Shown: in pieces, positions 39,435-48,532 of the stretch | Layout: each line of letters opens with the position of its first letter | Position numbering within the stretch: position 1 is the first letter of the stretch | Origin: an uncultured cyanobacterium | GTDB lineage: Bacteria > Cyanobacteriota > Cyanobacteriia > CAKZMO01 | Direction of reading: 5' to 3' | DNA: 64,000 bases | Assembly: GCA_963719515.1 (NCBI GenBank) | Contig: CAVRCJ010000018.1 | Location: forward strand, 1-64,000 | Notes under the pieces: model-generated | Seen by the model: the letters and a program-made list of their open reading frames with translations, nothing else | Databases searched by the model: none | What the model was told of the DNA's origin: nothing | Translations under genes and position numbers: made by a program

Positions 39435-39605
39435 ACCCGATAAGGGCACAACCTGCGTTTGGAGGAAGGGCTAGGGATGGAGCACCCGGTGCGCTGAACA
39501 GATACTGCGCCCACCACCTGCCCCAGAGCGATCGCCCCTACCCCAAAAACGCCATAGAGTAGGATCTAAGCAGAGATTCGACCTGAAATTTACAGAGGTC
39601 ACACC

Positions 39606-40157
39606 ATGCGTTCAGTAACAAAATGGTCTGTTACCGACTATCACCACATGCGCCAGCAGGGCATTCTTGATCGTCGCCGCTGCGAGCTGATCAATGGAGA
39701 GATTTTGGAGATGTCACCAGAAGGCGAATTTCATCGGTTCATCAACGATCGCGGTGCCGAATATCTCAGACAAGTTCTCCGAAGCAAAGCCAAAATCTTT
39801 GAATCCCACCCCATCACCCTCACCAAATCTGAACCAGAGCCAGACATCGCCATCGTTCGCTTGCCCAATACCCGCTACCTCAAGCATCACCCCTATCCAG
39901 AAGATATCTACTGGCTGATTGAAGTCGCCGACACCACGCTGGCCTACGACCTAGACATCAAGCGCAAACTCTACGCAAGCGCCGGCATCCCCGAATACTG
40001 GGTGATTGATGTCCCTAGGCAACAACTGATCTTATTCAAAGACCTACAAGGCGACGATTTCTCCACTCAGACCACCGCCAATAGCGGCGTGGTCTATCCC
40101 GGCGCTTTTCCCGATGTGGCGATCGCCGTCTCTAACCTCGTCTCGATTCCGACGTAA
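39606..40157 (+). CDS. Uma2 family endonuclease
   Basis: ELINGEI, EPEPDI, LIEVADTT, YASAGIPEYWVID motifs. Confidence 0.92.
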   Translation: MRSVTKWSVTDYHHMRQQGILDRRRCELINGEILEMSPEGEFHRFINDRGAEYLRQVLRSKAKIFESHPITLTKSEPEPDIAIVRLPNTRYLKHHPYPEDIYWLIEVADTTLAYDLDIKRKLYASAGIPEYWVIDVPRQQLILFKDLQGDDFSTQTTANSGVVYPGAFPDVAIAVSNLVSIPT

Positions 40158-40234
40158 AGCAAAGAACCCAATAGCCGCTGCTCCTGGCTCAACCCAGACC
40201 CAGACCACCGAAGCCTATTTGGACCGAAGTATCG

Positions 40235-40919
40235 CTACCCCAGCGCCATCGCGATCGCCGCCTCAGCGTGGATCACCGTCGTATCAAGCAGCGGCACCTC
40301 CACATGCTGCTGCTGCACCAGCGTACCAATCTCCGTACAGCCCGCAATCACCCCTTCGGCCCCCGCTTGCCGCAGCGCCTCAATCACGCGCAAGTACCCC
40401 TGCCGCGACTCGTCCCGCACCACCCCCAGGCAAAGCTCATCGTAAATCGCCCGGTGCACCAAGTCGCCATCGCCCTCCGAGGGCACCACAACGCTGATGC
40501 CGTAGCCCCCAAAGCGGCCCTTGTAAAAATCCTGCTCCATGGTAAACCGCGTCCCCAGCAGCCCCACGGTGGTGAGTCCCGCCTGCCGGACCCGCTCAGC
40601 CGTCGCGTCTGCAATGTGCAAAATAGGAATGCCGATGCCGCGCTCAATTTGGGGCGCGACCTTGTGCATCGTGTTGGTGCAGATCAGCAAAAAATCGGCC
40701 CCCGCCGCCTCAATGCCCTGGGCCGCTTGGGTGAGGCGATCGCCCGCCTGCTCCCACTGGCCGCTGTGCTGCAGGGCCTCGATTTCCTGAAAGTCTACGC
40801 TCACCATGGCAATTTTTGCCGAATGCAGCCCGCCGAGCCGCTGCTTAATGCCCTGGTTAATGAGCTGGTAATACAGCCCTGTGCTCTCCCAACTCATGCC
40901 GCCCAATAGTCCAATTGTT
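40235..40919 (-). pseudogene. Aspartate/glutamate racemase whose first codons are separated by a tnpB element
   Basis: GGMSWEST, CTNTMH, GCTEI motifs; GTGAA (42290-42286) plus AACAATTGGA restores MKTIG. Confidence 0.85.
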
Positions 40920-42285
40920 ATGAACTACACCTAACCGCTACGCTGAGCTAGGTGTTTCGTGCGCTTCATTGCCCCTAGTTGCCTCATGCTTCCGCAGTTG
41001 GTAGAGCTAGGCGGCTCAGCGCTTGCGAGGGAAGATTCCTGCCCCCGTGCCCAGATCAGATTGACCTGAGCAGCATTGGTATCGCGGTCTTCGGTATGGC
41101 CGCAGTGTTGGCATCGGTGGATACGGTCGCTCAACGTCTTGGGCGTCAGCTCCCAGCACTGAGCGCAGCGCTGGGACGGCTTGAGCTGCCGGGTAGGAGA
41201 CTCCAGATAGAATCCGCCCGCCTCAGCTTCCTTGTAGGACAGCAGCGGTCTAACCCTTGCAAACCCCACCGACAGGATTGAGCGATTGAGACCGGCCTTT
41301 TGACGTTTCCGCTTGCCTTTGCGGGCCTTGCGGGTCATGCCCTTGACGTTAAGCTGCTCTCCGGCGACTAGGCTATTACGGCTAACTATGTTGCTGGTGA
41401 GCTTGTGCAACCAATCCGCTCGCTGGTTGGCTACCTTGCGTTGAATCTTGGAAACTTTGCGTCTGGCTTTGCGCCAGCGGTTAGAGGCTTTGACGCCCTG
41501 CTTGCGGTTGGGCCTGCGTTTGCGGCGCAGCACCTTGCAGGCCTGCTTAACCGCGACATCGCCCGCTTTGATGAACTCAGGCTTTTCCTCTTTGGTGCCG
41601 TCTGAGAACGACACCGCATTAGTGCAGCCTAAGTCTATCCCGACAGCACCGCCAGCGGTTTGGCGCTCTGGGCTGCACGCCACGGTGATGGAGGCGTACC
41701 ACTTCCCTTCACTTGGCCGGTAGACAATCGTGCAGGTTGTCGGTCTCCCCCAGGTACGAGCTTGTCCTCGCATCCGAATCTTGCCCAAGTTTGATAGCTG
41801 CAGGCAACCATTGATGCCATCGCTTAGCGCCTTCCAGCCAGAACCGCACGGATAGGTCCAGCCAGAGAACAGCCGTATCGACTTGAACTTGGGATACTTC
41901 CCTAGCCCTTTGAAGAACCGCTGAAACGCAAAGTCTACTCGCTTGACCGTAGCCTGCAAAGCATGACTGCCCAAAGCTTTGTACTCTGGCCAGCACTCCT
42001 TGAATGCAGGTAGCAGGTTTTGCTGGTCGATGTAGCCCACAGACTGCCCGTGCTGTTTGTAGCTGGTGCGGCGGTGCTCTATGCAGGCGTTGTACAGGTA
42101 GGCATGAAGACGCCGCCACTCGAACAGCATCGCCCCTTGCTGGGTCGTCGGGTAGAGCCTATACGTTACACGGCGTGTTGCCATAACTCGATGTATGCAC
42201 TGAGACAATCGTACTATGTTCGCTACGCTCACGCGCTATCCTTCCCTAATCCGCTTCGCTGAGATTAGGGACTGCCGCGATTCTG
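40920..42285 (-). mobile_element. IS200/IS605-family tnpB-only element (IS1341-like)
   Basis: Left-end hairpin CCCTAATC/GATTAGGG; right end TTCAT; no TSD; precise removal restores the racemase start. Confidence 0.9.
40931..42184 (-). CDS. tnpB: RNA-guided endonuclease TnpB
   Basis: YRLYP, GIDLG, GEQL, CxxC-CxxC Zn finger, DRDTNAA; RuvC D-E-D intact. Confidence 0.95.
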   Translation of the reverse strand: MATRRVTYRLYPTTQQGAMLFEWRRLHAYLYNACIEHRRTSYKQHGQSVGYIDQQNLLPAFKECWPEYKALGSHALQATVKRVDFAFQRFFKGLGKYPKFKSIRLFSGWTYPCGSGWKALSDGINGCLQLSNLGKIRMRGQARTWGRPTTCTIVYRPSEGKWYASITVACSPERQTAGGAVGIDLGCTNAVSFSDGTKEEKPEFIKAGDVAVKQACKVLRRKRRPNRKQGVKASNRWRKARRKVSKIQRKVANQRADWLHKLTSNIVSRNSLVAGEQLNVKGMTRKARKGKRKRQKAGLNRSILSVGFARVRPLLSYKEAEAGGFYLESPTRQLKPSQRCAQCWELTPKTLSDRIHRCQHCGHTEDRDTNAAQVNLIWARGQESSLASAEPPSSTNCGSMRQLGAMKRTKHLAQRSG

Positions 42286-42379
42286 TTCACGCCAGCGCTC
42301 CCATTTTCTCTATTGTTAACTCAGCCCGCGAAATCTCGCTAGTACGGTTGTAAACCGCCTCAACATCCGCTACACTCCC

Positions 42380-42598
42380 TGCCCATGGGCACAAAACGCG
42401 CCCTAACCCAGACGCCCAAAACTTTAGCGCGCCCCCTGGCAGTGCCGACAACACTAGCCAGAGAGCATAACCGCAGCGTTGAGCTAAGCAACGCGACGGC
42501 TATCGAGATTTTATCTTGTGGTAGCTGTCCCGTCCTTCACCGCGTGGATGGCTGAATGACTTGGGCGTCTTTCCTAAACCCACAAAAGGTAAGACACA
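42380..42598 (+). ncRNA. Putative structured leader RNA of divergent module member 4
   Basis: TTGTAA-17-TACACT promoter; AGACGCCCAA (42410) pairs with TTGGGCGTCT (42561); internal hairpins. Confidence 0.55.
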
Positions 42599-42952
42599 AT
42601 GACATACGACTCCCAGCCCCGCCGCAGCGAGGCACAGACCGGTCATGATGACGAGCGCCGTCTGCGCCAGGAGCTGTTCCCCGGCAGCAGCAGCCTTTGG
42701 GCCGCCCCCCTGCCTGAGAGCCCCGCCCCAGAGCCAGAACTCCCGCCCGACGACCAGCGCCTGCGGCTGATCGCCATCGGCTCCTTGCACGCCATCAACA
42801 ACTGCCGCGACAGCCTCCACGCCCTCGGCTACGCCCGCCCCGATGAATGGTCTTGGCCCGTGCCCCTGGTCAACAGCGACATCATCCGCAGCCTCACCCC
42901 CGGCGAGATGATGCGCATTCTCACAAAGCAGGTGCCGCCGCCGGGACGGTAG
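42599..42952 (+). CDS. Small hypothetical protein, divergent member of the module family
   Basis: LRLIAIGSLHAINNCRDSLHALGYARPDEWS aligns with LRHIIIGSPEGVRQAINRLHVLQYVEWRLWT. Confidence 0.75.
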   Translation: MTYDSQPRRSEAQTGHDDERRLRQELFPGSSSLWAAPLPESPAPEPELPPDDQRLRLIAIGSLHAINNCRDSLHALGYARPDEWSWPVPLVNSDIIRSLTPGEMMRILTKQVPPPGR

Positions 42953-43089
42953 AAGCAGGAGGGCGATCGCTGCGCAGCGTAGCTTTGGCCCTACCCCTCT
43001 CCCAATCTCAAGAAAGAGCCTGGTCCCCTTCCCTCGGAATCGGGGGAAGGGCTAGGGATGGGGGCCTACCAAAACGCCAAACGCACATT

Positions 43090-43191
43090 AGCGATCGCCC
43101 CTAGCAATATTGAGGGGCTTTTGGGACAAGACTTCTTTTCGGCCTACGACGTGCGAATCCTATCTGAAGAGATTGAGTTCTATCGGCGGTA
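43090..43191 (+). pseudogene. C-terminal remnant of a retropepsin-like aspartic protease
   Basis: AIAPSNIEGLLGQDFFSAYDVRILSEEIEFYRR*; GLLGxDF motif. Confidence 0.65.
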
Positions 43192-43201
43192 GTTGGCTGC
43201 G

Positions 43202-43612
43202 TCAGAGCGTCACGGGGGTACCGTCGAGGTGGATGGCCGGTTCTTGGTCGCAAAGGCCGAGGTTAGCGTGCCAGCGAGAGGGAAAATCGGGGTCGATAAA
43301 CGTCAGCTCAAATCGACCCCAGTAGTAGCTAGGCTCGCCGTCTGCACCTTCACGATAGGTATCGCAGCGCAGCGATGAAGATTCTTGAACCCAGTAGCCT
43401 GAGTAAGCGCTTCGGTCGGTATAGACTCCGGCCAACCCGTCAATAAAGACAAGTCCATCTTCGCCATAGGACCAGATGGCGGTTCTATCGCGGTCTTCTT
43501 CGTAAACTACGTCGTATTCCTGGGTGGTCCAGACCTCGTCCGCTATGACACTTTGAGGAGCAAGTGTACCAGTTAGTAGGGCAAAAACGAACAGAAAGGA
43601 GGATTTTCTCAC
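43202..43612 (-). CDS. Secreted hypothetical protein
   Basis: Signal peptide; two Cys; aromatic-rich. Confidence 0.7.
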   Translation of the reverse strand: MRKSSFLFVFALLTGTLAPQSVIADEVWTTQEYDVVYEEDRDRTAIWSYGEDGLVFIDGLAGVYTDRSAYSGYWVQESSSLRCDTYREGADGEPSYYWGRFELTFIDPDFPSRWHANLGLCDQEPAIHLDGTPVTL

Positions 43613-43982
43613 GGCGCTTTAGTTCGAGCTATCTAGTTTGGGCTGATTTGATCTATTAGATTATCTTAGTCCGGGCTATTTATCCAGTTAGCTCAGTTTG
43701 GGCCGAAGGCTGAAAGCCGGACCACGAGCCACCTAGACTTCTGAGCGTTGCGCCCGGCAAATGCGATCGCCGAGTCTATTTCGAGGGGCATAACTTAATC
43801 TAATCAGTATCCTGCTGTTAGGGACTTACTCCGCCTTTTCACACATGCTAGTATGTACGCTGGGAGTAAATATCGGTTGATAGCACTTGTTTCTAGTATT
43901 AACGGCTTTTCGCGTTTTTCCATTGACAGACTTTTCTCCGAAACTTTCCTCTACACATTCCTTACAATTTTGGAGATAATCC

Positions 43983-44285
43983 ATGTCAATTTATGTAGGC
44001 AATCTATCCTACGATGTCACTGAGGCTGATCTAAAGACCGTGTTTGCAGAGTACGGCTCTGTCAAGCGCGTCCAGCTTCCTACCGATCGCGAGACGGGCC
44101 GCATGCGCGGTTTCGGTTTCGTCGAGATGAGCGCCGAATCTGAAGAAGAAGCCGCCATTGAAGCGCTTGACGGCGCTGAGTGGATGGGCCGCGACCTCAA
44201 GGTCAACAAAGCTAAGCCCCGCGAGAACCGCGGCGGTGGCGGCGGTTCGTTCGGTCGTGGCGGCGGCGGCGGTGGTCGCTACTAA
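43983..44285 (+). CDS. rbp: RRM RNA-binding protein with Gly-rich tail
   Basis: IYVGNL (RNP2), RGFGFVEM (RNP1); leader with TCTCCGAA/TTTGGAGA stem. Confidence 0.95.
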   Translation: MSIYVGNLSYDVTEADLKTVFAEYGSVKRVQLPTDRETGRMRGFGFVEMSAESEEEAAIEALDGAEWMGRDLKVNKAKPRENRGGGGGSFGRGGGGGGRY

Positions 44286-44353
44286 GCGCGACCGTTAGGC
44301 TTTCGTCAACGGGCTACATTGAGCTGACTTAGCCTCCTCGGCGAGTCAGACTA

Positions 44354-44387
44354 TAGGGGCTGGGCAGTTTTGCTCAGCCCCTTTTTG
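44354..44387 (+). terminator. Rho-independent terminator
   Basis: AGGGGCTGGGCA...TGCTCAGCCCCTTTTT. Confidence 0.7.
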
Positions 44388-44519
44388 GTTAGGAGCCACA
44401 GGCTGGCTCAACCCCAGGGACCTGCGCCACAATAGAGGCAGTGCCTTTTCGAGAATTTTGCTCTCGATCGCTGCAAAGCTGTTCAATAGACCTTGCCACT
44501 CTACCCCCCCCTCAAATCC

Positions 44520-45920
44520 ATGGTTGCCATTCCCCAGCCCAAAACCCCCGGCCTCGCCCAGATTCTCCAGTGGGTCTTCGACCCTATTGGCTACATGGAG
44601 ACCAACTTCAGCCGCTTTGGCCCTCTGTTCGGCGCTAAGATCGCGCCCACTGAGGCTGGTTCTGTCGTTTTGGTCAGCCACCCCGAAGCCCTTCAGTATT
44701 TGCTCACCCACGATACGGGTAAGCAGCTGTCGGCCCCCGGAGAGGCAAACCAGCTCGCTGAGCCCCTATTAGGCAAAAACTCGGTAATTCTGCAGAGCGG
44801 CAAACAGCATAGGCAGCGCCGTAAGCTGATGATGCCGCCGTTTCACGGGGAGCGGATGACCGCCTACGGGGAATTGATTCGCCAGATCACTCAGCAGGTC
44901 ATAGGTGGATGGGCCGTAGGCGAGACGTTTCAGGCCCGCGACGCCATGCAGAAAATTACCATGCGGGTGATTTTGCAGGCGGTGTTTGGCCTATACGAGG
45001 GCGATCGCTACCGTCGCCTAGATACCCTACTCGCGGAGCGCCTCAACGCCGTGAGCTCCCCCCTCACCTCGGCGCTGATATTTTTTCCCAAGCTGATGAT
45101 TGACCTCGGCCCGCGCAGCATCGGCGGGCGGATAAAGCGCCTGGTCGCGGAGACCGATCGCCTGCTCTACGATGAGATTCGCGATCGCCGCGCCAACCTT
45201 GATCCCGAGCGGACGGACGTGCTCACGCTGCTGCTGCTGGCCCGCGACGAGGCGGGCAACGGCCTGACCGACGAAGAGCTGCACGACGAGCTGATGACCC
45301 TGCTGGTGGCGGGCCATGAGACGACGGCAACGGCCCTGGCCTGGGCGCTTTACTGGATACACCGTCAGCCGGAAGTGCGCCAGGCGCTGCTGGCGGAGCG
45401 CGTTGACGTACTTCCACAGGACAATCGCAGCTCCCAAGACGACCTGATGGCGATCGCCAAGCGCCCCTATCTCAACGCCGTCTGTAACGAAACCCTGCGA
45501 ATTTATCCCGTGGGAATGGTGACTCTGCCGCGCCGCGTCGAGCAGCCGCTGACGCTGATGGACTTTGACCTTGAGCCCGGAACGCTGGTGATGGGCTGCA
45601 TCTATCTGCTTCACCACGACCCAGAGCTCTACCCCAACTCCCATGAATTCCGGCCCGAGCGGTTTCTAGAGCGGCAGTTCTCCCCTTACGAGTTTTTGCC
45701 CTTTGGCGCGGGAGCCCGCCGCTGCGTAGGCGCGGCCTTGGCCCTGTATGAGATGGCGCTGGTGTTAGACACTATTTTGGGCGAGTGCGAGCTGGCGCTC
45801 GCGAATGATGAGCCGGTCTTACCCCAGCGGCGAGGGGGCACCCTAGCGCCGGCGAGCGGCATCCTCATGAAGAAGACGGCCTCCAAGGCCGCGGTTCGCA
45901 GTGAGCTGACTCCCGCCTAG
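44520..45920 (+). CDS. Cytochrome P450 (CYP110-like)
   Basis: AGHETT, ETLR, PERF, FGAGARRCVG motifs. Confidence 0.95.
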   Translation: MVAIPQPKTPGLAQILQWVFDPIGYMETNFSRFGPLFGAKIAPTEAGSVVLVSHPEALQYLLTHDTGKQLSAPGEANQLAEPLLGKNSVILQSGKQHRQRRKLMMPPFHGERMTAYGELIRQITQQVIGGWAVGETFQARDAMQKITMRVILQAVFGLYEGDRYRRLDTLLAERLNAVSSPLTSALIFFPKLMIDLGPRSIGGRIKRLVAETDRLLYDEIRDRRANLDPERTDVLTLLLLARDEAGNGLTDEELHDELMTLLVAGHETTATALAWALYWIHRQPEVRQALLAERVDVLPQDNRSSQDDLMAIAKRPYLNAVCNETLRIYPVGMVTLPRRVEQPLTLMDFDLEPGTLVMGCIYLLHHDPELYPNSHEFRPERFLERQFSPYEFLPFGAGARRCVGAALALYEMALVLDTILGECELALANDEPVLPQRRGGTLAPASGILMKKTASKAAVRSELTPA

Positions 45921-45965
45921 CCGCTATGTAGCCTTCCAAAGCACTGACCGCGCGCTGTAGAACAG

Positions 45966-46562
45966 CTAAGGCTGAGGCCACAGCTCTTCTCCCATCTTCC
46001 GGTAGTCCTCCCAGGCGACTTTAGCCCTGGGGTCACGGACGGCGAAGACAAGCTTTCCCGCGTTGGCGGCCTTTCGGTAGGCGGCATAGCGCCGAATTTT
46101 GGTTGCGAAGACGGGCAGGTCGGCGTCCGCCAGCATTTGGTAGGTCTGCTCGCCGTCCTTACTGGGCTTGGGGGGAACCACCGTCAGCAAAATGCGGTAG
46201 CGATAGGCGTCAATAGACTGTAGATACTCTAGGGTGAGCGTCAGTGTGTCTAGCGCCAGGATATCCGGGGTCGTTGGCAGAATAAGCAGCTCGCAGCTGT
46301 CCGCCAAAGTCGCTAAGTCTTCCAGCACCGGGCGGGCCTGGGTATCGATGATGACGTGGTCGTAGCTGTTGAACTGTGGCGGCTGACGCTCGCTCACCAC
46401 CTGAAACGGCAGCGATCCCCGCTTAGCCCAGGCTGACGCTGAGCGATTGGGGTCGGCGTCGATCAAAAGGGTGCTGCCCTGCCCCTGAAAGTAGGCCGCC
46501 AGGTGAATCGCCGTGGTCGTTTTGCCAACGCCTCCTTTAAAGCTAGCGATCGCGATAATCAT
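45966..46562 (-). CDS. Short ParA family ATPase
   Basis: KGGVGKTT, IDADPN, IIDT motifs. Confidence 0.9.
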   Translation of the reverse strand: MIIAIASFKGGVGKTTTAIHLAAYFQGQGSTLLIDADPNRSASAWAKRGSLPFQVVSERQPPQFNSYDHVIIDTQARPVLEDLATLADSCELLILPTTPDILALDTLTLTLEYLQSIDAYRYRILLTVVPPKPSKDGEQTYQMLADADLPVFATKIRRYAAYRKAANAGKLVFAVRDPRAKVAWEDYRKMGEELWPQP

Positions 46563-46680
46563 GCGCAGGTTGGCCCATCAGCAGCTGATTTGCAGTGTAT
46601 CGCGTTGCTGCGTGCTGCGGGCCGGGGCTATTGTGGGCAGTGGTTCCATTAGGTTGGGGATGGAGGCGTCCCCAATGCCC

Positions 46681-47334
46681 TTACGCTGAAACCGAAAGCG
46701 CCTCTAGGGCCGCGACGATGGCGCTGGGCTCCATGCGCTGCTTATAGTCCGTATTCACAAACGCATGGGCAATCTTGCCCGTCGGCGCGACGACGTAGGT
46801 GGCGGCCAGCGGCAGCTCAAACGTCTCGTCGCCGTTGTGGGCCGGGAGATCGACGCCAAAGCTCTCGTAGACGGGCCGCAGCGCATCAGGCAGTTGAAAC
46901 ACCAGCCCAAACTGCCGTGCGACGACGTTACCCACGTCGCTCAGCACCTCGAAGGTCAGCTCGCCTTTCTCTGCCGTCGATAGGGAATTGTCCGGCGTCT
47001 GAGGCGAGATGGCCACTAGCGCGCCCTGCTGCTGAATGTCGGGTAGAGCCTGCTGTAGGGCGCGCAGCTCTAGGTTACAGTAAGGACACCACCCTCCCCG
47101 GTAGAACGAGATGACGACCGGACCCTGGGCCAGCAGCGTTTGGATATCGACGCTGTTGCCTGTGGCGTTAGGGAGGCTGAAGGTGGGCAGTGAATCGCCA
47201 GCGCTCAAGGCCTGGTTGATGATGTCGGAGTTTTCCAGCGCTTCTGAGGCCTCAGCCATAACGGCCTGTGTCTCTTGGGGAACCATGGCGCTGAACTCGG
47301 ATGTCTTGTCGGCAAGCTGTTGATGTAAGGTCAT
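46681..47334 (-). CDS. Peroxiredoxin-like (AhpC/TSA) protein
   Basis: FYRGGWCPYCNLEL motif. Confidence 0.9.
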   Translation of the reverse strand: MTLHQQLADKTSEFSAMVPQETQAVMAEASEALENSDIINQALSAGDSLPTFSLPNATGNSVDIQTLLAQGPVVISFYRGGWCPYCNLELRALQQALPDIQQQGALVAISPQTPDNSLSTAEKGELTFEVLSDVGNVVARQFGLVFQLPDALRPVYESFGVDLPAHNGDETFELPLAATYVVAPTGKIAHAFVNTDYKQRMEPSAIVAALEALSVSA

Positions 47335-47375
47335 TTTTCCTCCAGATGGGTCGACCCGTATAGCCTAGCCAGTTA

Positions 47376-47391
47376 TAGACCGATAGGTCAA
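47376..47391. promoter_or_regulatory. TetR/NemR-type operator palindrome
   Basis: TAGACCgataGGTCAA, one mismatch to TAGACC-N4-GGTCTA. Confidence 0.5.
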
Positions 47392-47547
47392 TAATTCTCA
47401 GGGGTTTCTTAGGTTGAGCGATTTGGGCGTAGGCTTAACGTATAGCAAATGTCTTGATGCTTGGGACATTTGCGCGGCGCATTGCTTATGCTATGTAAGG
47501 GTTTGAGCCCACGGCAATTATCCCAAGCAATGTGGTCAAAGCTATAA

Positions 47548-48150
47548 GTGAAGCGAGCTAACGCTATGAACAATCGCCGCCGTGATGGGCTGATGAAAGC
47601 GCTAACCCTTTGGTTCTGCCTAGGATGTGCTGTAGTACTGACCGGATGTGGCGCTCAAGAGCAGGCGCTCGTTGAACAGCCGTCACCCGCACCTCTATCC
47701 TCCCCTGCTACTCAAACCCAGGAGCCTCCCATGCCTACTCAGTCCTCCTCTGCTGAATCAGACGCCGCCGTTGAAGACGTTTCAGTGAGCGGAAGGTCGG
47801 GCAGCTATCAGTTTTCCGTGACCGTGCGCAGCAGCGACACCGGCTGTGACCACTACGCCGACTGGTGGGAGGTGGTTGACGGCTCTGGGCAGTTGCTCTA
47901 CCGGCGCATCCTGGCCCACAGCCACGTCGATGAGCAGCCGTTCACCCGCTCTGGGGGCCCTGTTCCCCTCGAGCCCGGTCAGACCGCCACTGTGCGAGTT
48001 CACATGAACACATCGGGCTATAGCGCGCAGGCCTATCAGGGCCAGGTGACCTCAGAAGGAACCGCCCAGTTTGAGGCCGTCACGCTGGAGCCGGACTTCG
48101 CGGCTGCGCTAGCGCAGCAGGCACCGCTGCCGTCGGGCTGTGCGTTTTAG
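47548..48150 (+). CDS. Hypothetical lipoprotein
   Basis: LTGC lipobox; DTGCDHYADWWEV and RILAHSHVDEQPFTRS motifs. Confidence 0.75.
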   Translation: MKRANAMNNRRRDGLMKALTLWFCLGCAVVLTGCGAQEQALVEQPSPAPLSSPATQTQEPPMPTQSSSAESDAAVEDVSVSGRSGSYQFSVTVRSSDTGCDHYADWWEVVDGSGQLLYRRILAHSHVDEQPFTRSGGPVPLEPGQTATVRVHMNTSGYSAQAYQGQVTSEGTAQFEAVTLEPDFAAALAQQAPLPSGCAF

Positions 48151-48284
48151 GCTTGAGCATTCGGACCCTGTACGGTTGGCTGCGTGCGTTTAGGAAAAGG
48201 CGGGGCTCATACAAAAATTCCCTCGCGCGGGGCGAAGGAATCGCGCTGGCCACAGGACCAGCAGAGTCGACAGTATTGATTTAG

Positions 48285-48465
48285 GCTTACCGCAACGCCG
48301 TCTTACCTCAGCTTCCGACCTGGATAAACCAGGTGGGGTCCATGGCTCTCCGATTTAAAGTTTCCGAGTCTAAGCCCGGTTTACTGCCATCGGTGCACTT
48401 GATCCCCTTATTGGCGAAGCATAGATCGTAAAACATTGTTGGCAGTCACCAACGCCGCAGTAAGC
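48285..48465 (-). ncRNA. ssrS: 6S RNA
   Basis: GCTTACTGCGGCGTT...GACGGCGTTGCGGTAAGC terminal pairing; cyanobacterial 6S core CCACCTGGTTTATCCAGGTCGGAAG. Confidence 0.9.
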
Positions 48466-48532
48466 ATGTCTACAGTTTAACGGCTCATCGGCAGGGGCGC
48501 ACCATGGGGATAGTACGGATACCTGAATCAAT

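Noticed and set aside
40931..42184. Cas12f/Cas12k effector
   Set aside because: IS200/IS605 ends and a clean insertion site; no array or tns genes
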